DNA of 63,560 nucleotides, filler included, from Octopus bimaculoides (lineage: Eukaryota), in NCBI RefSeq assembly GCF_001194135.2. It is 5 parts of 5 records of this genome, joined end to end, with 100 filler letters (N's around TTAATTAATTAA, not from the genome) between each part and the next. Parts side by side here need not be neighbours in the genome. Positions count along the whole stretch, not along the records: positions 27,608 to 50,152 come from NC_069005.1; 4 more parts are not named here. One strand, written 5' to 3'. Of the stretch, positions 33,886-45,749 are shown piece after piece. The notes under the pieces were generated by a model. That model did not search any database. It was not told where the DNA came from and worked only from the letters and a program-made list of their open reading frames with translations. The translations under genes were made by a program, and so were the position numbers. Every line of letters starts with the position of its first letter. Position 1 is the first letter of the stretch.

Positions 33886-34944
33886 ATGTACATAGCTTCT
33901 GTATTGGTCCATCTTTGTTGGAGGTGGTTTGGGATTAAAGATCAAACTCTTGTTGATATTGTCATAAAATGGTTTTTGTTTTCAATATATTTACATTAAT
34001 GTACTTGGAACAACTGAAACACAACTGCACCATACTTCGCCATTAACACTGAACAAGCTCAACCCAGAACCAGTTCTCCGTTGCCGAACAAACTAAAAAG
34101 CAACAAGTAGAATTGCTTGCATCGGACAAGCTTTCGTTGCTTTCATAGGACTGGCTAAACCTGCAGGAAAATTTGCTCTGCAAGTTTAGCTTGTTTCTTC
34201 CTTCTCGTTTTTTAATCTTTCTTGGTTTATCTGCCACCCACCATTGTTTTACTGCCGGCCAGTTGATGTAATAATGCCAGGTCTGACTTCATTTTACAAC
34301 CACTCCTCTCTCCCTCCCCTCATCACTCTCCTACACACACACACACTCACACACACACACTCACACACACACACACACACACACACGTTTTTATATGAAT
34401 ACATATACAAACGAGTCGGTGATTAAATGAAAGAAAATTGTACTGAAAGCAGCTGGAGTTATTAATAGCATGTTAACTCAGCACTCAAGTTAGATTCGAA
34501 GGTGCAGAGATGCAACTGTTTCCTCTGGTGGGTGTATATATATATATATATATGTGTGTGGCTGTGTGGTTAAGAAGTTTGCTTGCTAATCACGTGATTT
34601 CAAGTTCAGTTCCTCCGTGTACTATCTTGAGCAAGTATTTTCTGTTATAGCCATAGGCCAACCAAACCCGTTGTGAGTAAATAATATATTAATGTAACCC
34701 ATGTTAGCATGGGAGATGGACATGAAATTGCACACGCGCGTATGTAAGTGCATTCCACACTGAATTATCTGATGTCTCTTACCTTCCTCTTAGAACAAGA
34801 TGTAATTTGAGGTAGATTTGGCTGCTATTTCTTGCAGGTGGAGTGACCGCATTAATTTTCCTGTCGATTCTTTGGGGCTCTTCAGTGGAGGTGGGCAAGG
34901 TAGCCTCAGTCAGAGCCCAACACTTCCTATTTGTGCTTTGTGGT

Positions 34945-35190
34945 ATAAAAAGATGAAGCCCCTTTCCAAGTCATAAAGACTTATAGGACCGGTTTCTCAG
35001 ATCCTCTGGCATGTACACTCCTCCCCTGGATGGGACGCTGGTCCATTGCAGGATTACTCATTTTTGGCAGCTGAGTGGACTGGAGCAATGTGAAATAAAG
35101 TGTTTTGCTCAAGAATACAACACATCACCCTGGCCTGGAATTGAATCCACAATCTCACGATCACGAGTCCAACACCTCTAACCACTAGGC
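34945..35190 (-). mobile_element. tRNA-derived SINE family C with a V-SINE-like central domain; partial copies at 20870-21065, 37460-37580 and 51560-51660
   Basis: Minus strand CCTGCAATGGACCAGCGTCCCATCCAGGGG resembles the V domain; tRNA-like head ggcctagtggttagagg...ggattcaattcc. Confidence 0.65.
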
Positions 35191-36432
35191 CATGTGCCCC
35201 CCCCCCCCACTTAGTGGTATGTCTCCTGTTATGATGTTTGAGGATTTATCGAAGCTCTTGATGTTGTTGCCGCTATTGTTGTTATTTGTGTCTTGGTCTG
35301 AATTATTTAGAAATACATTGTTTTACCTTTAAATGCCAATTCATTAAATTACAGATTTGTTCCGTTTCCGAGTGGGAGGAAGCTCAGGTAGCTTAGTTTT
35401 ACCTGTCACTTTTACCTTCTGTGACTTACTGCCTCTAAACCCCAGTTCGCCTTCTCTCTCACCTGCTCTCTTCCAAATGATAGAATTAACTATTTATTTA
35501 ATATTCAGGTAAATTAGTTTCACATTTCAAATACCTTTTATTCTCTGTTTGATTAATTACTTTAATCTGCGATGCCAATAGTCATTGATTGGGTTACTTT
35601 AGGAAGTTGTGGATTAACTGTTGCGTTATCATGGTCTTCGCTAAGGTCATTAACTCTTTTGTTACCATTCCAGCATGGAAAATGGGCATTAAAGAATGAT
35701 GATGATGATTTCTGTTGAAGTAAACTGCCTTTGTTTCAATGACTTTGCGAAATAATGAAGAATTTATTAAAATGACTTTGAGCTGGTGTTTGGAATATAA
35801 ATTAGCATGAAATTTTGATGGAAGATTTTAATTTAGATCACTTTAAAATGAGATGTTTGTATTGTAGAACTCTGGGTGGTCTCAGAAAGTGGTTGGCATC
35901 GAAAGAGTTAATCTTTTTGGTATCATCTTTCTATAGAAATACATTCCCTTTGTTTCAATTAATTCTGAAAATGAAGAATTGAGTAAAATTTAAATAACTT
36001 GGCCATTATTAATTAATCTGGTGTTTGGAATGTAAAAGAACATAACATTTTGACTCAAGGTTTTAATTTACATCAGTTGAAAACAGGAAACTTGTGTTCC
36101 ATCAAAGCAGGAACAGTTTCAGGCAGGTTGGCATCAAATAGGTTCACACTTTTTGTTAACCATATTTCTGTTGAAATACATTGCCTTTCATCATCATCAT
36201 CATCATCATTTAACATGTTTTCCATGCTGGCATGGGTTGGACAGTTTGACCGGAGCCATTAAGGCCAGGGACTGCTCTAGGTTCCATTGTCTGTTCTAAC
36301 ATGGTTCCTATGATTAAATGCTCTTCCCAATGGACAAAAAAAAAGAAAATTCTTGGTTGTTTATATCAGTGTGGTAAATTTCCAGAAAAAAAACACTATA
36401 AAATGTTTATGCAATTATGTGTTATTTTTTTA

Positions 36433-36618
36433 CTCTTTTACTTGTTTCAGTCATTTGACTGCGGCCATGCTGGAGCACCGCCTTTAGTCGAATCAAATCG
36501 ACCTCAGGACTTATTCTTTGTAAGCCTAGTACTTATTTTATCGGTCTCCTTTTGCCGAACCGCTAAGTTATGGGGACGTAAACACACCAGCATCGGTTGT
36601 CAAGTGATGGTGGGGGGA

Positions 36619-36669
<51 letters not shown>

Positions 36670-36696
36670 GATGGGCTTCTTTCAGTTTCCGTCTTT
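36433..36696 (-). mobile_element. SINE family A, 3' half
   Basis: Near-identical to 50641-50905. Confidence 0.85.
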
Positions 36697-37880
36697 ACAA
36701 AATAAATATAAGATGAAAGAAATTGTCAACTTTTATTATATTCATTATATATATTGTTTCCGGTATAAATTAATATTACTAAGAAATATTACCGGTCCCT
36801 GGCACATTGGTGGTGGTGGTGGTGGTGGGGGGGAAACTGCCAGTACGCCACATCAGATAGTTTGGGAAGCACTTGTGTATATGGTGCCAGGTTGAAGTTG
36901 ATGTACTTCCTGTTGTTTAGGAATAAAGGTTTGCAGTTCTATAATCCAGTCTGTTGCCACGACAACCAGCATGGCTAGAGTGTCCTGACTAAAGATCAGT
37001 AAAAGCAAAAAATATTGATGTGTGACAGTTGTGAGGAAACCTGATGCTTTGTTCCCCTCATTAGTCACAGCTCATAATGGGACAAGATGTGTCAATCACC
37101 TGACACCTGTTGGAGTCGTCAAGGTTAGGTTCACCTGTCTGGGATGGTTTCAATGCTTAGGTTCACCTGTCTGGGGCAATTTCAATGAGGATACAAAAGT
37201 TGTATTTACCTGTCTACAATTTCAATGAGATACTTTAATTGGGTTGATCTACCAGAGACAGTTTCAATATGGTACACTGGTTGTAGAGTGTTGGTGAGTG
37301 ATGTTTGTCTCCTTGGGAACTTTAGGGCTTTTATAATAATATGATGATGACGATGTTGCTGATGCTGGTGATGCCATCCCAAATCCAATCTGATTAAGTT
37401 GATCTTTAATCACAGATAATCCAGTAGTGATAATCAAGTAAATTTCTTTGTAGTTGATGTCAGTACAACTGTGAACTGAAGTAATGTGAAATAAAGTGTC
37501 TTGCTCAAGAATACAACACACAGCCCGGTCACAGAATTGAACTCACAATCTCATGATTGTGAGCCTTACACTTTAACCACCTTCAGACACTCTATTTTTG
37601 TTCTTTTTTTTTGTATGTATGCCACACCTAGAACTAGCCCTACTGTTTAAATTGGATTTTGTACCCCCCATATCTACAGTGTCCTACCAACATCTGATAC
37701 CTTCATAGTTGTTTTACCTCACTGTGAACTCTGTTATTATTGTACCTAGCCATTTCTGGCATCCTACCTGTTGAAGTGCCTAGATTCTATTGAATCCTAT
37801 AACTAATCTCTCTCTCTCTGTCTCTGATATATATATATATATGTGTATATACTTTATTAAAAAGCAGCAAAAATATCACA

Positions 37881-37926
37881 AAAACTGTTACTCAGAGTTT
37901 CATGTTGCCATTTGTCGGACAGTTTT
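37881..37926 (-). ncRNA. Minimal type-I hammerhead ribozyme, family 2 (U4C core variant, G8>A decayed)
   Basis: AAAACTGT-CCGACAA-ATG-gcaa-CAT-GAAA-CTC-t-GAG-TA-ACAGTTTT: 8-bp stem I, GNRA-capped stem II, ACTC/GAGT stem III, GUA site. Confidence 0.65.
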
Positions 37927-37942
37927 GTTTAGATTCTAAACC

Positions 37943-37985
37943 AAAACTGTCCGAATGGGAACGCGAAACTCTGAGTAACAGTTTT
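37943..37985 (+). ncRNA. Degenerate family-2 hammerhead (3-nt core deletion)
   Basis: AAAACTGT-CCGA-ATG-ggaa-CGC-GAAA-CTC-t-GAG-TA-ACAGTTTT. Confidence 0.55.
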
Positions 37986-38156
37986 TGTGATAATTTTGCT
38001 GCTTTTAAATAAAGCNNNNNNNNNNATGGGAACGCGAAACTCTGAGTAACAGTTTTTGTGATAATTTTGCTGCTTTTAAATAAAGCATATTACTCTACCT
38101 CTGGTATTTGAGTACTCTTTTTTCCACCTTGTTGCACATTTATGTGCTTACTCCGG

Positions 38157-38197
<41 letters not shown>

Positions 38198-39099
38198 ATA
38201 AATAAAATATGTGTGTATAATGTATGCATTCGTATTTGATGTATGTATGTAGTTTATAAATTCTCTTGGATTTTGGTTCTTTTTATTCCATATTTTCCCT
38301 TTTCGAGGGAATTCCTCTGAGATTGCTAAAAAAAAAAAATTCAAATTATTTTCAATTCCACCCTTTTTGTTCAGATATTTTGTGTGTTTGTGTGTTCCCA
38401 TATTTTAGGACCTCCCCCCTCCTCCTCATGCATAAATTTACTTCCTGGTAAACATTCCTTCAAGTAATTAAGTGAGACTGAGGCTAATAGATTGATTGTT
38501 AGATATAAATTGTAATGTTCTGGTTTCCTTGTGAAAAGGTTAGATTTTTTATTGCCAGAGGGAGTAAGGGATAATAGAGACAACAGCCGGGGTAATGGCT
38601 GGCTGGTTGGTCGGTAGGTGAGCCGTTGGTTCCTTTAAAAGCCATTGTTGTGGTTATTTTATATCGTTGTTAATATTTGATATTTCTGAGGTTCTGATAT
38701 GTTTCTTTACATCTTGAAAATTGATACCCTCCCCAACGTGGAATGTCTTTGGTATTTCTGAGGTAAGAAACGATGAGTGTTTGTGTGGCTGAGTGGTTAG
38801 GGAGTTTGCTTACCAACCCTTCTATTATGGCCCTGGGTTAAGCAATACCTTGTGAGAAGATTTGGTAGACAGAAACTCAAACAAGTTTGTCTTTATCTTC
38901 GAAACGTCTAGTTAGAATAGAGGCAGCTGACGAAGGATTAATTCCAAGTGGCTATCTGTTTTCCTATGTGTTCGTCCCGTGGTCTGTAGTTCATTTTCCC
39001 AACGTCCTGTAACTTGATATGCATCTATATACACATGTAGATGTGTGTATACATGCATACATATTCTTTGTATTTTATATATATATATATATATAAAAG

Positions 39100-39390
39100 G
39101 TGCAGGAGTGGCTGTGTTTAAAAAGCTTGCTTCCCAACTAAATGGTTCCGGGTTCAGTCCCACTGCATGACACCTTGGGCAAATGTCTTCTACTATAGCT
39201 TTGGGCTGACCAAAGCCTTATCAGTGGATTTGGTGTTTACTTCCCTGTAACTTAGCGGTTAGGCAAAAAGAGACCAATAGAATAAGTACTATTCTTACAA
39301 AGAATAAGTCCTGGGGGGGGGGGTCGATTTGCTTGACTAAAGGCAGTGCTCCAGCATGGCCGCAGTCAAATGACTGAAACAAGTGAAAGA
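39100..39390 (+). mobile_element. SINE family A, internally deleted
   Basis: Head ggtgcaggagtggctgtg...gggttcagtcccactg joined to tail ccagcatggccgcagtcaaatgactgaaacaag. Confidence 0.8.
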
Positions 39391-39569
39391 ATATATATTG
39401 TATATTTGTGTGTGTGTGAGTGAAAGTGCATGGCTTGGTGGTTGTTGTCAGGCNNNNNNNNNNGTCAAATGACTGAAACAAGTGAAAGAATATATATTGT
39501 ATATTTGTGTGTGTGTGAGTGAAAGTGCATGGCTTGGTGGTTGTTGTCAGGCATACAACTGTGAAGCTT

Positions 39570-39718
39570 GTGGCTGGATCTGTCCTACATGTGACAGCAG
39601 GTGTTCAACATAAACCCACAGGTCAGCAATGCTCGGGCACTGGACGAGGGTGTGCAGAATGGTTTTGTCTCTCAGCGTGCACCTCGGGCAGGCTTGGCTG
39701 ACAGCACTTCTGTACCTG
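39570..39718 (-). mobile_element. L1/Tx1-type LINE ORF2 zinc-knuckle fragment
   Basis: RYRSAVSQACPRCTLRDKTILHTLVQCPSIADLWVYVEHLL, a CX2CX8HX4C motif typical of L1-clade ORF2 ends. Confidence 0.75.
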
Positions 39719-40894
39719 GGAAGAAGTTATTTTGTTGTTTAACCCCCAAGAGACTCCTGAATGATCAAACAACACTCCACCCCTGACCATCTCCCCCTAA
39801 TATTCAATTTATCTATAACCGACTTTATCTACTTTTGACTTTCCATTTTCTTTTTCTTGTCATGGTTGTGAGTGATTCATAGATTTCACCATTAATTCTA
39901 GGAGGTTTGGGTGATTGACAGAAGAATGGAAGATGTTTGCAATGGGACAATGGGTGGGGTGGGATTTGGTAAGGGGGGGAAGACGTTTTTATTGTCTGTC
40001 GGCAAGTTCAGAAAGAACAAACTACTTTTAATAGGAAAGTGGTAGACTCTGAGGAGGCTAGTGGCTGTTCTGCATTGTCGACCAAAAGTAATGGAAATAA
40101 TAAATTCAATGGTGTGAGGAAGAATTAGAGAAGTGGCAAGGGAGGAGAAGGAAAGGAAGAGGACAGTTTTATGGTAGAATATTGGTCGTAAAGAGTTGAG
40201 GAATGAAAACTTGTTTACATGTGGAATTTCTTTGTTGTTTTTGTTACTTCATATCTATGTATATGATGGTGATTCTGTAGCCAGATGGTAGTTATAGTAT
40301 TAATGTGGTTTGTGTAATGCTGAACAAAAGAAAATTGAAATATGTTAGACAATATAAGTCATAGATATTGCAAAAAAAAAAAAAAAAATGTTATGATGGT
40401 CATGGCTGGACTACTTTTGATTATAAATTTGCTAAAATCAAGACTGGCTTTGAGCTATAGATCAGTATATTATCTTACTGACTATATTTTCATTCTCTTC
40501 TCGGTTTGCCGTTAGTATATACCATTTTCAAAGGTATATAATTGATTTTATCAAAACTTTGACAGACGAAGAGCAAAGCTGACTGCTGTGGGATTTAAAC
40601 ACAATATAAATGGACATGGCTAAATACTGCCAGGTAGTTTGTCTGACAGTTTACCAATTCTGCCAAGCTTCTTGTAGTAAAGTAAAATATGTAAATATAT
40701 TCTGATGCAGTTTGCACTGGCTTTGCAGTGCGGCTGCACCAAGTGCACAAGACACAAACTGCTTAAATAAAATGAGGAGATTAAGTGCAGACGTCACTCG
40801 ACTGTTGCACTATTTGTGCATAATTTATATTTCAGCTGTGGTGCACACATTATGTCTGCCTGTGTGTATTGGTTTTAATCCAATGTTAAAATGA

Positions 40895-41291
40895 GACCTT
40901 TAGAACCAACATGTTCTGGGTTCAATCGCTTGTGGTGCAGTACCTTGAGCAAATGTCTTTTACCCATAGTATGCAGCTCTGTCTTCACTCCCACCTTGAG
41001 AATAAAATTGAGAATATGTAGATGGAAACTGAAAGAAGCCTGTTGTATATATGTATATATATATATATATGTATGTGTGCATGTGTTTGTATGTCTGTGT
41101 TTGTCCCCCCCCAACATCGCTTGACAACCGATGCTGGTGTGTTTATGTCTCCGTAATCTAGCGGTTCGGCAAAAGAGACCGACAGAATAAGTACTAGGCT
41201 TACAAAGAATAAGTCCTGGGGGTCTATTTGCTCGACTAAAGGCGGTGCTCCAGCATGGCCACAGTCAAAAGACTGAAACAAGTAAAAGAGT
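40895..41291 (+). mobile_element. SINE family A copy
   Basis: Head, internal TA/TG microsatellite, body and AGTAAAAGAG tail. Confidence 0.8.
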
Positions 41292-41487
41292 AACTGTGAA
41301 GAAGTCTGTTATGTAGTCTGTACCTGTTCTTAGGTAGATGGTTTAACCATTTAGCATTTCAGTTGACCATATCCAGCTCAAATATCCTATTTTTATGTTC
41401 AAACTGGTCAGATCTGGCCTTTCACACCTACCCTACAATGTCATTCTAAAAATGTACAATCACATCATGAAAATTTCAAAGCTATCG

Positions 41488-41672
41488 GATATCGTGGGTG
41501 TTACGTTCCAAAAGCCCCCACAGAAATAATTGAAATTTCCCCAAAATATAAATTCCTCTTGGCTGCAGAAACCTGTGATATATTGAGGTGTCTGCGAATA
41601 AATTTACATACATTAAGCAGAAAAATCCATGATGTACTGAGTGCACGATAGGTGAACCATGATATGGTTAGG
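41488..41672. mobile_element. Tigger/pogo-like MITE remnant
   Basis: Terminal gaaccatgatatggttagggattactgta and internal gttacgttccaaaagcccc. Confidence 0.4.
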
Positions 41673-41704
41673 GATTACTGTAATCCAAAACAAAAAAATA
41701 AGTA

Positions 41705-41850
41705 CATTATTTACATTTGACGGATATTTGTCCTCATCTTGTTTGTTGTTAACACAACGTTTCGGCTGATATACCCTCCAGCCTTCATCAGGTGTCTTGG
41801 GGAAATTTTGAACCTGGGTTCTCAGTCCTAAGGTATTTTTCTATGTTATT
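41705..41850 (-). mobile_element. 5'-truncated copy of the family-1 HHR element
   Basis: Nearly identical to 30556-30700. Confidence 0.85.
41751..41796 (-). ncRNA. Structurally intact minimal type-I hammerhead ribozyme, family 1
   Basis: GACAC-CTGATGA-A-GGCTG-gagggtatat-CAGCC-GAAA-CG-TT-GTGTT: complete core, 5-bp stem I, 5-bp stem II, palindromic ACGT stem III, GUU site. Confidence 0.8.
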
Positions 41851-41899
41851 AATAATAATAACACACGACTGGCTTCTTTTTACTTTCAAAAGCATGTGA

Positions 41900-42130
41900 G
41901 TATGGCCGATGCCAGTACCACCTGACTGGCCCTCGTGCCTGTGGCACGTAAAAGCACCCACTACACTCTCGGAATGGTTGGTGTTGGGAAGGGCATCCAG
42001 CTGTAGAAACCTTGCCAGATCAGATTGGAGCCTGGTGCAGCCTTCTGGCTCGCTAGCCCTCAGTCAAACCGTCCAACCCATGCCAGCATGGAAAGTGGAT
42101 GTTAAATGACGACAATGATGATGATGATGC
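41900..42130 (+). mobile_element. RTE LINE 3'UTR terminal fragment
   Basis: Same terminus as 10480-10697; GAT tail. Confidence 0.85.
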
Positions 42131-42267
42131 TGCACTGAGTATGCAAAATATTTAATCACCATATATAATCCCAGTTCCTATTTTTTGTGTTTTTCCAACG
42201 CAATTTCTCTGAGGGGAAAGATATTTCACACAAGTTACACCCAGATTTTGGTTATATTTTTATTGCT

Positions 42268-42608
42268 CATCTTTTGTTTTAGTCATTAGACTGTGGCCAT
42301 GCTGGGGCATTGCCTCGAAGAATTTTTAGTCCAATGAATCGACCCCAGTACTTACGTTTTAAGTCTAGTATTTTATTGGTGTATTTTGCCAAACTGCTAA
42401 GTTACAAGGGACGTAAACCAGCAAACACGGACATGATGGTCTCTGCTCCCTCCTCCCCCCACGACTTTCAGTTTCCATCTAGCAAATCCATTCACAAGGC
42501 TTAGGTTGGCCCGAGGATATAGCAGAAGATACTTACTTGAGGTGCCATGCAGCGAGACTGAACCCAGGACCATATGGCTGCGAAGCAAACTTCTGACCAC
42601 ACAGCCAT
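42268..42608 (-). mobile_element. SINE family A copy
   Basis: Homologous to 50641-51046. Confidence 0.75.
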
Positions 42609-43495
42609 GACTATTTTTTTTTTTAAACACACTCAAAAAAAAAAAAAAAAAAGGGGAAACAAATTCAGTTTTCCATCCTGATTGTTAATCTTGCATAATT
42701 TACATCCCTGAAATGGTTTTGTCTTCTTATTGCTGTTGATGTTGTTGTTAGGGGTGGTGGCATGTGTCTGGAACAACAGTGCTAGAGAAACAGAAAAATG
42801 GTTTAATCTCTGTGGCTGCTGCTGCTTTTGTTGTAGTGGGTGTATGTCAGACATGGTTGTATGAAAGAGACAGAAAATGGTTTTATCTTTTATTGTTGTT
42901 GTTGTAAGAGGCGGTAGTGGTGGTGGTGGTGGTGTTAGAGAAAAATGGTCTGAGGTCTTTTAGTTCCACCCATTTGATGTTTGGCCTCTCATCCCTTCAG
43001 AATCGATAAAATGTGAAGTACGAATCGAGTCAATAATTAGTGGAGATGATTAAATCAACCGCAGGGGTGTGGGGCGGTAGGACACCCCCCACCTCACACC
43101 AAAGTAATTTGGGGCATGTGTCTAATGAGAAAAATGTTAGACATCATTTATTACTCATCGTTATTTAATTATTATTAATGATAATAATAATAATGACAAT
43201 AATAACAACAATAATACCAATAATAATAGTAGTAGTAGTGGTAGTAGTAGTAGTAGTAATAATGATGATAATAACGATACTAATGATAATTATTATTAGG
43301 GTGGATTGGTTGAATCATTAGCATGTTGGAGCAGAATGCCTTGCAGTATTTTCTTAAGGTTCTTTATGATCTGAGATCAAATCCTGTCGAAGACAAGACG
43401 GTCATAATATACAAACATTTCTCATGGCACCAGTACACTGTTTACAGATGCTTAGATTTTTTATGCTTACTGTGAATTTTTCACGGGTCCAGCTA

Positions 43496-43540
<45 letters not shown>

Positions 43541-44404
43541 AGATGGCTTAGTAAAAAGGATTATTATTATTATAATAAGACAGTGAGCTGGCAGAATCGT
43601 TAGCATGCTGGACGAAATGCTTAGCAGCTTGGAACATTTTTGGTCATGGAACTACTTGATCAGAAGCTGACTTTTGATAAAACACACAATGCAGGCATCC
43701 CAGCTTGTTTGAGAATGTAACCTGCAATTTACTGCCACGCTCGTCTGTGGAAATATAATCCCTCCCCTCACCCCCATCCTTCCCTGGCCACTTAGCACCA
43801 TGAAGATGGGGTTAAACTATGAGATTTCTCAAGTGTCGCAGACATTTGACATTTAGAGTCTTGGTTGAAATGTCCTCTCTTCAGTGTCTTAGTTTTGCAG
43901 AACTCTTGGCAGTCAGTATTTCTGAACCATTACATTATTATAATGTTAATTACTGACTGGGTTGTTAACCTTTCGTCACAAGTTTCTAACAAAATACACA
44001 TTATCTAATGTTTTTGAATTATGGTTTGGTTGGAATTAATAAAATAAAGTTTTCCGTTGTTGAACATTTAGAACATTTCTTAATGAAAAGGAGGTTATAT
44101 GTGCATAAATTATAGTTGTTTTAATTAGGGTTTAATTTAAATTGAACCCTTTAAAACAGCCTTGTCTTGTGTTGGGTCGTCCCTTAAATAATGTTTTTTT
44201 TCAGTTGCATGAACTAAGTCGAAGGGGGACAGGATAAACTACCTGCATCAACTTGCTATAAAAGCAGGTAGTAATTTTAACTTGTGCTTACTCTTAGTGC
44301 AACTTGTGAAGAGTGCAGTTCGATTTTAACAGTTATTTTTTCAGAGCTATAATGGAAGTGAGAAAGGGGCATATGAATTCAATAAAGGCAACAATGCCTT
44401 CTTC

Positions 44405-44995
44405 TGTATATGATCTGAGTTCAAATTCCGCTGGGGTTGACTTAGCCATTCATCCTTACGGGGCTTATAAAACAGGTACCAGTTGAGCACTGGGGTCAAT
44501 CTAATTGGCTTACCCCTGTCCCTGAAATTGTTGGCCTTGTGCCTAAATTAGAAATCATTATTATTGTTATTAATAATAATAATAATAATAAGGTGTTGAG
44601 CTGGCAGAATCGTTAGCACCTTGGGCGAAATGCTTAATGGTATTTCACCTGTCTTTATGTTCTGAGTTCAAAATCTGCTGAGGTCGACTTTGCCGTTCAT
44701 CCTTTCAGGGTTGATAAATTAAGTACCAGTTGTATACTGGGTTTGGTGTAATCGACTCACTCCATCCCACCAAAGTTTGGGCCTTATGCCTCCAGTAGAA
44801 AGGATTATTATTATTATTATGGTGGTGAAATGCTTAGCGGTATTTCGTTTCATCTGCTGCTTCCGTTCTGAGTTCAAATTCTGCCAAGGTCGACTTTGCC
44901 TTTCATCCTTTCGGGGGTCGATAAATTAAGTACGAGTTGCATATCGGGGTCGATGTGATTAGGCCTTGTACTTACAGTAGAAAGGATTATTATTA
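44405..44995 (+). mobile_element. Cluster of three head-to-tail SINE family B copies separated by (TTA/TAA)n tails
   Basis: The core ctgagttcaaa...gactt.gcc.ttcatcc...aagtac.agtt repeats at ~44415, ~44660 and ~44868. Confidence 0.8.
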
Positions 44996-45452
44996 TCATT
45001 ATTATTATTAATTACTAGTTATTATTATTATTAATATTATTATTAATTACTAATTATTATTATTGTTATTATCTTAAACACAGAAATTAGTGTTAGATCC
45101 TGCTTCAAGCCTTCCAGGAATTAAAATGTTTTGCCTTTGACTTCTTTTGAAGTATCAGGAAATGGTTTGATGTATGGTCACTGATATTAATTGCTAGGAT
45201 TCACTATCTTTATTAAGTGTAAAACAATCACTCACTGTTAATTTCCATGACTAATGACCGAGATTTTTCTATTTTTGTTTTAGGAGGACAAGGCTTTCTA
45301 TATATGGTAGCCATGCTATAGGCGTAGGTGTGGCTGTGTGGTAAGAAGCTTGCTTCCCAACTCCATGGTCCTGGGTTCAGTCCCACTGCATGGCGCCTTC
45401 TGCTATAGCGTTGGTCTGACCGAAGCTTTGTGGGAGGGTTTGGTGGATGGAA

Positions 45453-45485
<33 letters not shown>

Positions 45486-45713
45486 CTTTGTATATGTCTC
45501 TGTAATTTAGCAGTTTGACAAAAGAGACAAATAGAGGTACCAGGCTTTAGAAGAAAGGAAAGAAGTACTGGCACCTTGGGCAAGTGTCTTCTACCAACCA
45601 AAGGAGGATATAAGACCAGGAAGATGTTGTAATGCTGATGGATTTGGGAAGCCTGTTGCGTCATGGAAAAAACATCAGCACAAAAAGGCAGACAATGAAC
45701 AATCATGATAGGC

Positions 45714-45747
<34 letters not shown>

Positions 45748-45749
45748 AG

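Larger units (their letters stand above)
37851..38157. mobile_element. Second HHR-bearing element family forming a ~165-bp palindrome (37851-38015), embedded in TA microsatellite
   Basis: Arms 37851-37926 and 37943-38015 are reverse complements around GTTTAGA-T-TCTAAAC; the plus arm continues to 38157. Confidence 0.75.

Noticed and set aside
34043-34237. ORF MADKPRKIKK...
   Set aside because: GTG start, short, no recognisable homology or supporting splice partners.
40700-40850. Cluster of TGCAC words resembling metal-response elements
   Set aside because: Mostly imperfect matches, no identified target gene, and TGCA is enriched by CpG decay.
44205-44267. Apparent plus-strand exon (ttttcag...AG|GTAGTA) with an ACTACCTGC/GCAGGTAGT hairpin
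   Set aside because: Stops in all three frames; a 9-bp stem is too short to call a pre-miRNA.
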